Shown in pieces: positions 9,862 to 21,518 of a stretch of 40,297 nucleotides of DNA (position 1 is the stretch's first letter; the number at the start of each line of letters is the position of its first letter). The notes under the pieces were generated by a model, which was given only the letters and a program-made list of their open reading frames with translations, was not told the DNA's origin and searched no databases. The translations under genes were made by a program, and so were the position numbers. Source of the stretch: Fonticula alba ATCC 38817 (taxonomy: Eukaryota > Protista > Nucleariida); the NCBI GenBank assembly GCA_000388065.2, contig KB932203.1; one strand, 5' to 3'.

Positions 9862-12800
9862 GTCCCTCTCACCCGGGCAGGTCGCTCGCAAGGAGTACTC
9901 CGAGGTGTCGAAGCAGCTGGACTCGCTGAAGCAGGCCAATGATCGGCTACTAAGCACGCATGCACGCCTGACGGCCGAGCACGAAGCCACCCGGACCCAG
10001 GCCGAGGCGGCCAAGGCCGGGCGTCAGCAGCTCGAACAGCAGGTGGCCCAGCTGCAAGAGCGCCTTGAGGAGGCCGCGCAGCTGACTCAGGTCCTGGAGG
10101 CCTCGGCCTCGGACCGGATCAGCCAGATCGAGCAGAGCCTGTCGACCCAGCTGGAGGCCGAGCGCGGGTCCCTTTTGGCGGAGCGCGAGGCATTTGCCTC
10201 GGAGCGTGCCACCTCCGAGGCCAAGTTGCGTGCGGCCATCGAGGCGGAGCTGCGCGGCGTGGTGGAGTCCGAGCTTCGCCAATCGATCGAGGCCGCTGTC
10301 CAGGCCTCCGCCGAGGCGGACCGGGATGCCCGTGAGGTGGCCATGCGCGCCTCGCTCGAGGAGGAGCTTCGCACGTCCCTCGGACGGGAGCTCCAGGCGT
10401 CCATTGAGGCCGACCTGCGGGCTTCCATCGAGGCCGACCTACGGGCTTCCATCGAGGCNNNNNNNNNNNNNNNNNNNNNNNNNNNNNNNNNNNNNNNNNN
10501 NNNNNNNNNNNNNNNNNNNNNNNNNNNNNNNNNNNNNNNNNNNNNNNNNNNNNNNNNNNNNNNNNNNNNNNNNNNNNNNNNNNNNNNNNNNNNNNNNNNN
10601 NNNNNNNNNNNNNNNNNNNNNNNNNNNNNNNNNNNNNNNNNNNNNNNNNNNNNNNNNNNNNNNNNNNNNNNNNNNNNNNNNNNNNNNNNNNNNNNNNNNN
10701 NNNNNNNNNNNNNNNNNNNNNNNNNNNNNNNNNNNNNNNNNNNNNNNNNNNNNNNNNNNNNNNNNNNNNNNNNNNNNNNNNNNNNNNNNNNNNNNNNNNN
10801 NNNNNNNNNNNNNNNNNNNNNNNGACCTGCGCCAGTCGATCGAGGAGGACCTGCGCACCATGATTGAGATCGATGCTCGTGCTTCCATCGAGCAGGAGAT
10901 CCGCACTTCTCTCGAGCAGGAGCTCCGCCCGGTGGCCGAGGCCAGCCCCCGATCCGTCAGCTCTCCGGCCCCTTCTGGCAGCATGCAGCTCGTGACCGAC
11001 CTGTCACGGCCGCTGCCGGATGAGGGCGACCTGGCGGCGCTGGGTCCCCTGGACCGGGCCCTCTACGAGCGGGACCTCCTGGCCGCCGAGCTGGAGTCGC
11101 TGCGTGCGGCGCGCGCCCTTGGCCTGGTGGCCGACGCGGCCCCGGTCGAGCGGGGCGCCTCGGCCGAGGCCCTGGAGGCCGAGCTCCGGGCGGCCGCCGA
11201 CCAGCATGCCGCCCGGGTGGCGGCTCTTGAGGCGGAGCTCCAGGCGGCCGGCGAGCGGCATGGCGCTCTCCAAAGGGAGCTCCAGTCCTTGACCGAGCAG
11301 CACACCGGCCAAGTGGCCTCCCTGAAGGCCGAGCTCCGGGCCGCGGCCGACCGGCACACCGGCCAAGTGGCCTCCCTAGAGGGCCAGCTCGCGGCCATGG
11401 CGGCGGGTGGCTCGGAGCAGGCCGGCGCCCTGGCGGCCGAGCTCCAGGCCGCGGCCGACCGGCACGCCGCCCAGGTGGCCATCCTCGAGGGCAAGATTCA
11501 CGCGGCCACCGGTCGGCAAGCGGACCTGGAAGCCGAGCTGGAGGCGGCCCTTCAAAAGCATGCTGGGCTTGAGGCCGAGCTGGGGACGGCCCTCCAGGCG
11601 CGCGGGGAGTTGCAAACCCAGCTGGAAGCGACCGAGCACAAGCACGGTGACCTGCAGGCCCAGCTGCAGGAGCTAGCCCACGCGCAGGAGGCCGAGGCAG
11701 GCGCCCTACAGGCTCGGCTTCGGGAGGCGGAGCAGGCGCACGCGGTCCAGGTGACCGAGCTCCAGAGCAAGCTGGACCTGGCCACTCGCGAGCATGAGGC
11801 GCACCTGGCGCAGCTGGCCCGCGAGTCCGGGGCGGCTGGCGACGAGGCGGCGGCCCTGCGCCTGGCCGTGTCCAGCCTGGAGGCCGAGCTCCTGCGGGCG
11901 CGTGGCGAGCTGAAGCAGCAGCAGGCCGCTGTGACCGAGCAGGTCAAGCAGCTGGCCGAGCAGGACAGGCAGCTGGCCGCGCAGACCAAGCAACTGGCCG
12001 AGCAGGACAAGCAGCTCCAGGCGGCCGAGGAGGAGCGCCGGGGGTTGGGCGAGCGCCTGGCCCAGGCCCGGCAGGCGGCCAAGCAGCTCCAGCGCCAGCT
12101 GGCGGAGGCCGAGCAGGCAGCCGAGCAGGCGGCCGCCACGGCTGCCGAGCAGCACCGCTCCGCGCTGGCCGCCCAGCAAGACGCCCATGCGCGGCAGACG
12201 GAGCAGCTGCAGCAGGACCTTGACCGGCAGATGGCCGATGCACGGGAGCAGGCCCGGCGCGAGGTGGAGGCCGCTCGGTCGGAGGCCGATTCGCTGGTGG
12301 CTCAGGCCCTGGCCGAGGCCGAGCAGTCGCTGGCTCGTGGGGAGGCCCAAGCCGCCGGGCAGTTGGAGGCCGAGCGCAATCGCCACGCCCTGGCCCTGGA
12401 AAACCTGCGGACCGAGCACTCCCTCAGGGTGGACGAGCTCCGGGCCTCGGTGCAGGAGCGCCTGGCGCACCAGCAAAAGCAGCACCAGCAAACGCTGGAG
12501 CGTGTCCGGGGGGAGCTGACCGCCGGGCAGGCGCAGCTCCGGGCCGATTTGGAGGCCGCCCAGGCGGCGGTCGCCGCGCTGGAGGCCGACTTGCAGTCCG
12601 TGCGCCAGGCCTACGAGCAGGCCCTGGTGGCGGCGGCCGACGCCGGCATGGAGGCCGAGCGGGCCCAGGAGGCCGCTCGTCAGGAGGCCGCCCAGCTGGA
12701 GGAGCGCCTCCAGTGGGCCGAGGAGACGGCCGAGGCGGCCGAGCAGCGGGCCCTCGGGGCCGAGGCCGGGGCCGAGGCCGCGCGCGAGCAAGCCCGCTCG

Positions 12801-13208
12801 GCCGAAGCCCGCGCCCGTGCCCTGGATAAGAGCCTGCGCGAGGAGCTCCGCCGCGCCGGGGATCTGCAGCTGTACGACGTGCCGCTGGTGCCGGGGTCCG
12901 GGTCCGAGCCATCGACCGCGGGCCCGGGATCGGTGGCCTCGTCGGCCGGCGGGTCGTCGGCTTCGCTGGCGGCTGGTGCTGCCGGTGGTGGCGCTGGCGC
13001 CGGCACCGGCGCCATGGTCGCCGCACCGCCCGAGTCCCGCGCCTACCTCAAGCACACGGTGCTGACTTTCATCGAGCAGCGGACCCTGCGCCCGGCCCTG
13101 GTGCCGGCCATGGCCACCCTATTGGAACTGTCGCCCGAGGAGGAGAAGCGCCTGCGGGACAGCGCCGCGGCGGATGGCACCATCGGCGGCCTGCTGGGCA
13201 TCTGGTGA
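8911..13208 (+). CDS. Long coiled-coil golgin with C-terminal GRIP domain (Imh1/golgin-97/245-like)
   Basis: Exons 8911-9687 and 9881-13208 (intron GTGCGC...CAG), interrupted by gap 10459-10823. The protein is an E/Q/A/L/R-rich coiled coil ending in AYLKHTVLTFIEQRTLRPALVPAMATLLELSPEEEKRL, a GRIP signature with the conserved Tyr, then an aromatic terminus GGLLGIW-stop. Confidence 0.85.
8961..9008 (+). repeat. 6-bp GCCCCG/GCCCCA tandem repeat encoding (AP)n in the golgin N-terminus
   Basis: ctcggccccggccccggccccagccccagccccggccccggccccggcc translates as SAPAPAPAPAPAPAPA. Confidence 0.8.
10406..10840 (+). repeat. 24-bp coding tandem repeat (EADLRASI)n, collapsed into an assembly gap
   Basis: Units gaggccgacctgcgggcttccatc (10406-10429) and gaggccgacctacgggcttccatc (10430-10453) run into the N gap. 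Sequence resumes with gacctgcgccagtcgatcgag (DLRQSIE). Confidence 0.85.
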
Positions 13209-14927
13209 TGAAGAGCCGAGCACCGGGGCCGGGACCGGAGGCGCGGTGCAGCCGGGGCGCCGGCCAATGTGCGCGCTGGCGAGGCCCCTGCTCGCGGGCG
13301 GCCGTGCGCATGCCGCTAGATCCCGCGGGGCGCCGGGGGTGGGCGGCGAGAAAACCACCTGGCCGGCAGACCGAAAGGGCAGCCTGCCCCATGCGCCGAT
13401 TGTTGGGCCCGGGGCAAATGACAATACACCCAGATCCCTTCGTGTCCTCCCTGCCGCGGTCGGTGCCCGGCCGATGTCCCTCTCTCTCCCTCTCTCTTGC
13501 TCGACCGGGGAAGCCGGCGTATGCGGGGGGGGGGGGGGGGGGGGGGGGGGGCGGCGGCGCGCTCGCGCAAAAATGGCGGATCCTGGGATGGGGCGGGGCA
13601 CGAGACCCGGGGGCGCGGTCAGCCCACAGGGTGCGCCGATCGCGGTTTTCCAACCCTAGACGTTGGCGCGCTCGTGGGTTAGGGTTGGACGCCCCGGGGA
13701 GGGACGGCTGGCGCGCGATCGCACGCCAAGCACGGGGGGGGGGGCGGGGCCCAGGGACCCAGGGACCGCTCGTCCTGGGCCCGGTTGACGCCGGTTGACA
13801 GAGGCCGCTGGAGGAGGCCGGGAGACAGAGAGAAGGAGGGCCGGCCCGCGGCGGACGAACACCGGCACCCGGTGCCCGTGGCGTGGTACCCACTTTCAGG
13901 TCCTGGCGTCGCTCGGCGGCGGCTCGCGTGCGATCTCCTCCCCTTGGCGGCGCTGGCGGTGGCGGTGGCGGTGGCGAGGGAGGGGGGGCGTCGTTGGTTT
14001 TCCCTCGCCCCCATCGCCCCTACCCCAGGGGCGATTGTTGTTTTCCGGCCGGAGCCGCGGCCCCCCCGCCCGCCCTGCCCGTCGTTGGCGATCGGCGGGC
14101 GTGCGCCCGGAAGCTGCCCTTTTTTGTTCTTTTTTTCCCCGTCCTGCTTGTTGTTGTTGTTGTTGTTTTTGTCGTCCCACCTCGCCGCCCGGGCGCCCAA
14201 TCCTGGGCGCCAGGGTCGGGCCGGCACCTCGCCGAGCATCCCCGTCGATCCTGGCGCGCGCACGCGCGCGCGTGTGTGTGGGTATGGCTATCGGCGCCAG
14301 CCGGCAGGTGGAGGGCCCCCTCGCTGCTGCCCTGCCCTGGGCCAGTCGTGGCCGAGAGGCGTGCGACGAAAACCCCGAGCCCATGACTGTGGAGTCTCTC
14401 CCTCTCTCCCTCCCCCTGCCTCTCTCCCCCCCGCTTGCCCCCGCATTCTGTCTCGTTCCCTGTCTCAGCGAGGCTTGGCCCCGGGCGCGACACCTCCCCC
14501 ACAAGAAGGAGTCCACCGCCAGGGCCCGCCTCGGGGCCATCGGCAGCCCCCATCTTGCTCATATCCTCCTCCCTCCTCCAACCGCCCGCCCGGCCGCCAG
14601 AGCATGGCCGTGCCGTGAGAAGTTTCCCCTTCCCGAGGAAGCTTCCCCTCCCCCGCTCCAAAAACACACACACACACCCAACACAAGCGCACCCCCCTCN
14701 NNNNNNNNNNNNNNNNNNNNNNNNNNNNNNNNNNNNNNNNNNNNNNNNNNNNNNNNNNNNNNNNNNNNNNNNNNNNNNNNNNNNNNNNNNNNNNNNNNNN
14801 NNNNNNNNNNNNNNNNNNNNNNNNNNNNNNNNNNNNNNNNNNNNNNNNNNNNNNNNNNNNNNNNNNNNNNNNNTGGCCTCGTTCCCCCTCCCCCCTCACC
14901 CCACCCCACCCCCGAGCGCACGTAGGC

Positions 14928-15991
14928 ATGTACGCTCCGCGCGGCTTCGGCCGAGAACTCATCCGCCGGGTGGGCCAGGTAACCGGGCAGATCCCGGGAC
15001 TGGTGGCCCGGCCGCCAGCGGCCCTGACCGGGGCCGAGCTCCTGACGGCCGACCGGGCGGACCTGCCGCCGGCCTCGCGCTTGGATCGCGTCTACCGGCA
15101 GTTCATCTACAACCGGTTTTTCCCCGATGGCTACGGGGACCTGCACATGGTCGGGCGCTTCCTGCAACTGAAGTCCCAGGCCTTTGACCGGGTGGACCCC
15201 CGGCATCTGGTGACCATCGACTCGGTGGAGACCCTGCTCCCTGGGGCCGGGGTCGGCTCCTTCCGCGGGGCCGGGCCCGGGGCCGGGGCCGGGACCGAGC
15301 CCCTCCGCATTGTCCATGCATCGCTCGAGTCGCCGATTAATGAGCACTGGCCGGATCTCCTGCCGGCCGAGTGCCGACGCGCGCGCATCCAGATCGTCCT
15401 GCCGGCCGGCATTGGTGCCGGCGCCGGCGCCAGGGGCGGCATCGCTGGCAGGCAGTCTGCCCTCGGGCCGCAACTGGCCGCCGCGTTGGGGGTCGAGCCG
15501 GCCGCCGATCAGGACACCTCGCCCCCGGGCCCGGCGACCTTTGTGCAGCTCAGCGCCACGGGCGACCACTCCTTCTGGCGCCGGCGCATGCTGACCGCGG
15601 TCCCCCTGGCCCGGGACCATGGCATCGCCAGCATCATCCTGGAGAACCCCTTCTACGGGGCGCGTAAGCCAGCTGGCCAGGTCCGCAGCAACCTTCGGAC
15701 CATGATGGATCTTTTCCGCATGGGGATCGCCATCCAATACGAAACGATGGCCCTGCTGCATTGGGCCGAGCGGGAGCTCCGTACGTCTCTCTGGGCCCGC
15801 GCCTTGTCGGTTGCTGTGTCGCGCTGTTACTCACCCCATCTTGCGTTGAAAAAAAAACCCCGACGGGCACGTGCGCACACACGCCTGTATTTTCGTACCT
15901 TCCCCCTTCCTCTTGTGCATGCACATGGACGCGTCTACATGCGTACGCGTACACACACACACACGCACGCACATACACACACACACACGCA

Positions 15992-16035
<44 letters not shown>

Positions 16036-16040
16036 CGCAC

Positions 16041-16071
<31 letters not shown>

Positions 16072-16694
16072 TAGGATGCGACGGCCGCCTCGGTGTGGCT
16101 GGACTCAGCATGGGCGGGCACATGGCCGCCCTGGCAGTGGCCTCCTGGCCGCGCCCCTTGGCCCTGGTCAGCTGTCTCGGGCCCTTCAGCGCGGCCGGGG
16201 TCTTCACACATGGCGTCTTCGGGGCCGTGTGCGATTGGCCCTCCCTGGCTGGCCAGCTGGCGGCCATGTCGCCGGAGGAGCGGGATGCCCTGCTGGCCCT
16301 CCTGCCGGAAGGGTCGCTGGACTTCGGCCGCGACGAGGACCCCAGCCCCCTGCTGGACTCCCTGGCGCATGTCATCCCCCGGGAGTACCATCCGGCGGTG
16401 CGCTTCACTGCCCGACTGTTGGATGCCGGCACGGCACTGGCCGGGCGCAATGTCGGCCGGCCGGCCGAGCCGCGCGCCGCCCTGGCCTTCGCCGCCCAGC
16501 ACGATGCCTATGTCCCGCTGCTGGACACCCGGCGCTTCCACAAGCAGTGGCCCGGCTGCGAGGTTCGCCTCATTCCCCACGGACACATCGGCTCCTTCCT
16601 GACCGCCAACGGGACCTTCCGCGCGGGCATGGTCACCGCCATGGCCCGGCTGAATGAGGCCCTGGCTGGGGCGCCTTCCGCCGCGCGGGCCTAG
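14928..16694 (+). CDS. ABHD18: Alpha/beta hydrolase ABHD18 (DUF2048 family)
   Basis: Exons 14928-15780 and 16075-16694 (intron GTACGT...TAG with a CA microsatellite). Motifs: RLDRVYR...FFPDGYG, LSATGDHSFWRRR, SIILENPFYGARKP, DLFRMG, nucleophile elbow GLSMGGHMA, AQHDAYVP (Asp) and PHGH (His). The start codon is uncertain because ATG directly follows a possible TAG acceptor and a gap. Confidence 0.9.
15945..16072 (+). repeat. Compound (CA)n/(CACG)n intronic microsatellite; representative of many (CA)n, (CT)n and poly-C tracts in introns and UTRs
   Basis: Seen directly. Similar tracts occur at about 2812, 3150, 5968, 9815, 16825, 20810(-), 25295(-), 30020 and 33750(-). Confidence 0.9.
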
Positions 16695-16955
16695 CGCGGT
16701 GCCCGGTCCGTGTTTGTATGTCCCTCCTCCGTTCCCTGCTTCCCCTTTCCCTCCCCCCTCCCCCTGCAACCTCTCTTCCGGCCCCGGGTGACATCACCCA
16801 TATGTGGCATCCCCCGTGCCCTGCCTTTGCACATACACACACACACACACACACACACGTGTGTACAAGCACAAGCACAAAGATGCACACGCGCGCTTCA
16901 CTCAACTATAGACAACAGAAAAGACGCCGCCAGATGCGGCGCGAGCAGCTGTGAC

Positions 16956-16961
16956 AATAAA
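16956..16961 (+). terminator. Candidate polyadenylation signal for ABHD18
   Basis: AATAAA about 260 nt after the ABHD18 stop, in an otherwise GC-rich genome. Confidence 0.35.
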
Positions 16962-17138
16962 ACGCAAAACAACTCCCCAGCCCCAGCCCCCTTGTGAAGG
17001 CCCACGCACACATTTGCACAGACAGGACGAAAGGCCGGGAGACAGGGCTACACAAGCGCCTGGCGACACACGTGTATGTGGCATTGTGACAGGCAGGTGG
17101 GACATGGGGCTTGAGGGTGCGACAAGCCCCGGGGGCCT

Positions 17139-20100
17139 TTACCGAGGCGAGTCGGCCACCTCGCGCTGCAGCGCGGCAAACAGCTCGCCAAGACGCCGGC
17201 CGAAGGCCGGGCATACAGGCCCGCCGGTGGCCGGCGACGACCCGGCCGGCTCGATCGCCAGCACGCGGTGGACCCCGGCCGCAAAGAACTCCAAGTCCAG
17301 GGCCACTTGCCGGCGGATCTTGTCCTCGTCCGAGTGATGGCCACCGGGCCCGGTGCCGGTGCCGGCGACACCGGCCCCCGGAGCTGACGGAGCTCGCTTC
17401 TGCAGGCGCTCCAGGCTGGCGGCCGTCTTGCGCACCAAATCCAACAGCTGACGCGTGGCCACGGCAAAGTGCCAGGTCAGCTGGGCGGCCAGGTGCATGC
17501 GCACCGCCGCCGGCAGCCCGGTCCCTTCGCCCGGCAGGAAGGTGGCCAATACCGGGGCCGGGAAGTGCCCGCGCAAGCGCTCGGCATAGGTGGCCTGCAG
17601 GGTGTCCAGCCGTCCGAACAGGGCTACCAGATGCGGCGACGGGGCCCCTGGCAGGCCGAGGCTTGTCATGCGATACCGGGCCGAGATGGCGCGAATGTCG
17701 CTGGCCAGCCGGCTGGGCAGCGATCCGGCCGCGTCCGGCCCCCCGGGACAGGGACAGCCCCCGTCTACGGCGTGCGTGCCGGCCCCGGGCTCGAGGAAGA
17801 CGTACCGCCCGCGGAAGGCCTGCACCTCGGCCAGGGCTTGGACGGTCAGTGTCCGAGCGTCGGGCCCGGAAACACCGAGCAGGCTATCGGCCACGGCAGA
17901 TGCCAGCAGGGCTGCGGCACTGCGAGAGAACGTCTCGAAGGGATCCAGTGCGTCGGCAAATGCATCTGCATGCATTCAGGCGGGCGAGCGAGAGGAGGGA
18001 AGGGGGGCAGAATGACAGAAGCGGAGACCGATACCGAGGGAAAGGGTGTTGGAGAACAAGAGCGACAAAGAGTGGGGGGGGAGAGAGAGAGAGAGAAAGA
18101 AAGAAAGACATGGAGGACCAAGTGACGCGTAGGAGGATGTGTCAGCGGAGCAAGCGCAAAGTCAAGGCGCAGAAAAGACAGGCGGCCACGCACCGCGAAG
18201 CAGGGACGAGGCGCCCACCACATCCGGCAACTGAGTCTGCATATCGCTGCCCACGACCCGGTGGACTGCCTGCTGGAAGTACTCCGCGCAGGCCAGGATG
18301 TCCAGCAAATCAAACACACCCTCGGGAAAGGCGTCAGTGGCACCGGCACCAGCGCCACCCGGTGCCGGGGTCACATTCAAAGCCACCTTGGCCGGGGTGA
18401 AGGCCCCGGACACCTGGGCCACCAGCTGCAGGGAGAACTTGCACATGCGGTGGACGATCGGCGGAAGGATCACCTCCGGTGACCAGGCCCTCTGCAGGGA
18501 CAAGGCCGCCTTCTGCACGAGCAGCGGATACATGGTGACTGGAGTCGCGGGGAGAAAGAGAGGGTGGGGGGGGGGGGGCGAGAGAGGGCATATGCGTTTG
18601 GGAGTGCGCCCATGCGCGTGTCCATGCGGCCATAATACACGCATGCGTCGATGGGGGGTGTCAGCGCAAATGCCACCAAGGAAGGCGAGGGAATGCCGAG
18701 CGCCACCGGGAAACCACGCACCTGGGCTCGTGAGAAGCTCGTCGATGGGTGCCGCCAGCTCACGGAAGCGGATCTGATAGTACACCGGCATCAGCTGCTG
18801 GCGGAGGCGATTGTGCAGCAGCATCTCCGACTGGCAGATGGGACCGGCGGCCGAGGGGACCGGGGCCAGCACCGGCGACCCGCCCTCGCCCAGCACCATA
18901 TGCAGGGCATTGGCCTGGCGGATTTGCTCGGTGAACTGGCAGAAGAGCCGGTAGTGCGCATGGAAGAGATCCGGCCGACCGGGCTGGAAGGCCATCTTCA
19001 TGTGGTTGGCAATCGACCCGGACAGGGCAGGCCAGAAGGCTGGCAAAGCGACCACGCGCGGGCACCCCGCAGGCGAGACACAGACACGGCGCCGAGGGGG
19101 AGAAGCATGCGACGCGATGACAGGGTAAGCCAGGATCCCCGGGCAGGGAGGACATGGAGGCACACTGCGGCTGGAGGGCGAGCAGGAAAAAAGCATGGAC
19201 AGGGGATCGACGCACAGTTGGAGAAAAAGTCGAACTCCAGCCGCGACGCCCGAGCCACGGTGATCAACCCACAGGGATCATGCTGCACCACCTTGGCCAG
19301 CGAGGCGTATAGCTGCTCGGTTAGCCGGAGCTCCAGCTGCTCCTGGCGCGCGGCGCCGCCGGCATCGGTCGAGGCCCCGGCGTGGTCAAAGAGCATCGGC
19401 AATTGGCGGTTGTACTGCTCGAACTCGCGGGCAATGAGCGGCTCGTACAGGTGCGTCCGGCACAATTGCTCCGCATAGCCGGCCAGCCCGAGGCAATCGT
19501 ACGTCCGCAGGAAGGATAGAAGTTGGTCCTCGTGCGAAATGGCGCCAGGCTCGTTGGCCATGGAGCCGAGCCCGGCTGCCGCGGCCGCCCCGGCCACCGA
19601 CGAGGCAGAGGACGATGGTGGCGATGACGATGACGAGGACAGCGACGATGCCAGCGGGCCTGGCTGCTCGGCGCCGGGCCCGGCACCGCGGATCTGGTCG
19701 AGCAACAGCAGGAAGGCACTCTCCAGGCGCTCGCGCAGGACCAGGGACAGACGCTCAATGCGCTACACGCGATGACGAATGGCGGGACGAGGACCGAGGA
19801 CAGGAGGTGGCCCGATGGTAAGTCCGCGGGGAGCAGGCGCGACCCACGGGGCCGGCCATATGGGCAAGGACGTCGGCAAGCAGCCACACGCACCTCACGC
19901 AGCTGTGGCAGGGCCTGCTCCAGCTGGGTCGAAATAAAGCGCACAGCCTGCACCGGGGGCAGGGCCGCGGTCCCGGGCGGCGCCAGGTCGGCCACCGTCC
20001 CGCCGGCCGGGGCCGATGTGTCGTCGGCCGTGGATGCCGCCGCGGCCGCGGCCGCCGCCGTGGCCGCACATGCTGCCAGAAGCTGCTCCGCCGGCAGCCC

Positions 20101-20816
20101 AGCAGGCAGGGCCAGGGGGATGGGCCTCAGGCACAGCGGGTCCGCCCCGGCCACCATGGCCACAAAGCCCCTGACGAAGGCCGAGCCGGACCCCTCGGAC
20201 GTGCCCGGCTGCAATGACGGCGCAATCAACGCCTGGAAGCCACACCGCCGGGGGTGGCCGCCAGCACCGGCCGACGCCTCCGGGTCTTTGCCGGTGCCAC
20301 CGGAGCCGGCGCCGGAGCCGGGGCCAGGCCCCGCACCCCCGGGCCCCGGTGCCCCGGCAAGGGCCGCCGGCGTCGCACCGACCATGCCGGAGGTCGGTCC
20401 AGTGGCCGCCAGGCCGGGCGACAGGACGCCGACCGCGGGGTCCGCCCCGGCTGAGGCCAGGCGTGCCAGCGGATCCGTCGCCTCGGCTGCCAGACTCTCG
20501 TAGAAGTAAATTTGGTTCAGAGAGGAGGCCGCGCTCTCGAGGGCCACGCAAGACCTGCGCGGGGGTCCAGACGGCACACCGTCACGCCGGGGGGGAGGGA
20601 GGGGGGGGGTACAGAGTGCAGGATCCGCCGAGAAAGAGCAAGCGCGCGTGCAGAGAGAGAGAGAGAGGGGGGGGGGCAGGAGTGTGAGAAGCGGGTCAGA
20701 TTGAGGGACAGGACAGAGCCTCTCCCTGGGGAGAGAGAGAAAACATAGAGAGAGAAGGAAAGAGAGGAAGGGAGGGAGGGAGGGAGGGAGAGGGAGGGAG
20801 AGAGATAGAGACAGAC

Positions 20817-20855
<39 letters not shown>

Positions 20856-21518
20856 AAGAGAGAGACAGAGAGAGAGCCAGGGGACAAGGGCGCACTGGAC
20901 GGCATCCTGCTCGGTCAAACGCTCGGCCTGGTTTATGGTCTCCACCAGACGCCCGAAGGCCTCGAGCCGCGAGCGGACGTGCACCAGCCGCGCCCGGCGC
21001 AGGATCACCGCCGCCAGGCAGTAGTACGATGCCAGGAGCTGGTCGCGCGTGGTGGCCAGCTCGGTGGCCAGGTCGTCGAGCGGCGCCCGGGACGCCTGCA
21101 CCACGGGCGTCAGGCTGCTCAGATCCGACGCCAGCGTCAGGAGCCCGGTGTAGTCACGATGGATCAGGTCGATGAGGGAAGTTTTGATCTCTGCTCGATG
21201 GCCAACCGGTGAACGGGCCGGCAAATCCCCGGGCAAGACAGCGGGTCAGTCCGATGGCCTCGGTGGCCGGGCGCAGGAAGGCCAGCACTCGAGGCCGGGC
21301 GCAGGGCCAGTCCGGCAGGCCGGGCGCGCACCATTCAGTTGCGTGGTGAAATCCCGGCGCAGGGTGTCGAGCGACCGGCCGGCCGCCGCCTGCTTCAGGA
21401 TGTACGTGTCCAACTCGGAGAAGTCCGCGAAGGAGGCCACGGTGTCAGGGCCTCCGGTCGGGGCGCCGGCCACGCGCGGCCCGGGCGCCGAGGCCGCAAG
21501 ACCACCGCGGTCCGCCAT
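17139..21518 (-). CDS. COG2: Conserved oligomeric Golgi complex subunit 2
   Basis: Exons 21518-21332, 21190-20896, 20554-19894, 19762-19216, 19039-18722, 18538-18194 and 17965-17139, with phases consistent throughout. Motifs: LDTLRRDF..QL..EIKTSLIDLIHRDY (COG2 N-terminus), LNQIYF, LRTY, AFQPGRPDLFHAHY, PVYYQIRFRELA, RAWSPEVILPPIVHR and SDEDKIRRQVALDLEF. There is a possible extra upstream 3-codon exon 21719-21711. Confidence 0.9.

Noticed and set aside
11706-13055. 449-aa antisense ORF and other long antisense or alternate-frame ORFs (e.g. 34264-35847, 33993-35450, 35447-36559, 17111-18400)
   Set aside because: Shadows of GC-rich coding sequence on the other strand or frame; Arg/Pro/Gly-rich with no domain signal, and stops are rare at this GC content.
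13203-13211. TGG TGA TGA at the golgin end as possible selenocysteine or readthrough
   Set aside because: The terminal Trp fits a normal GRIP-golgin C-terminus, the tandem stop argues for termination, and no SECIS was recognised.
4366-21518. Functional clustering of endomembrane genes (LMBRD2, GRIP golgin, COG2) as an operon-like system
   Set aside because: Trafficking genes are numerous, they are interleaved with unrelated housekeeping genes, and no shared regulatory motif was found.
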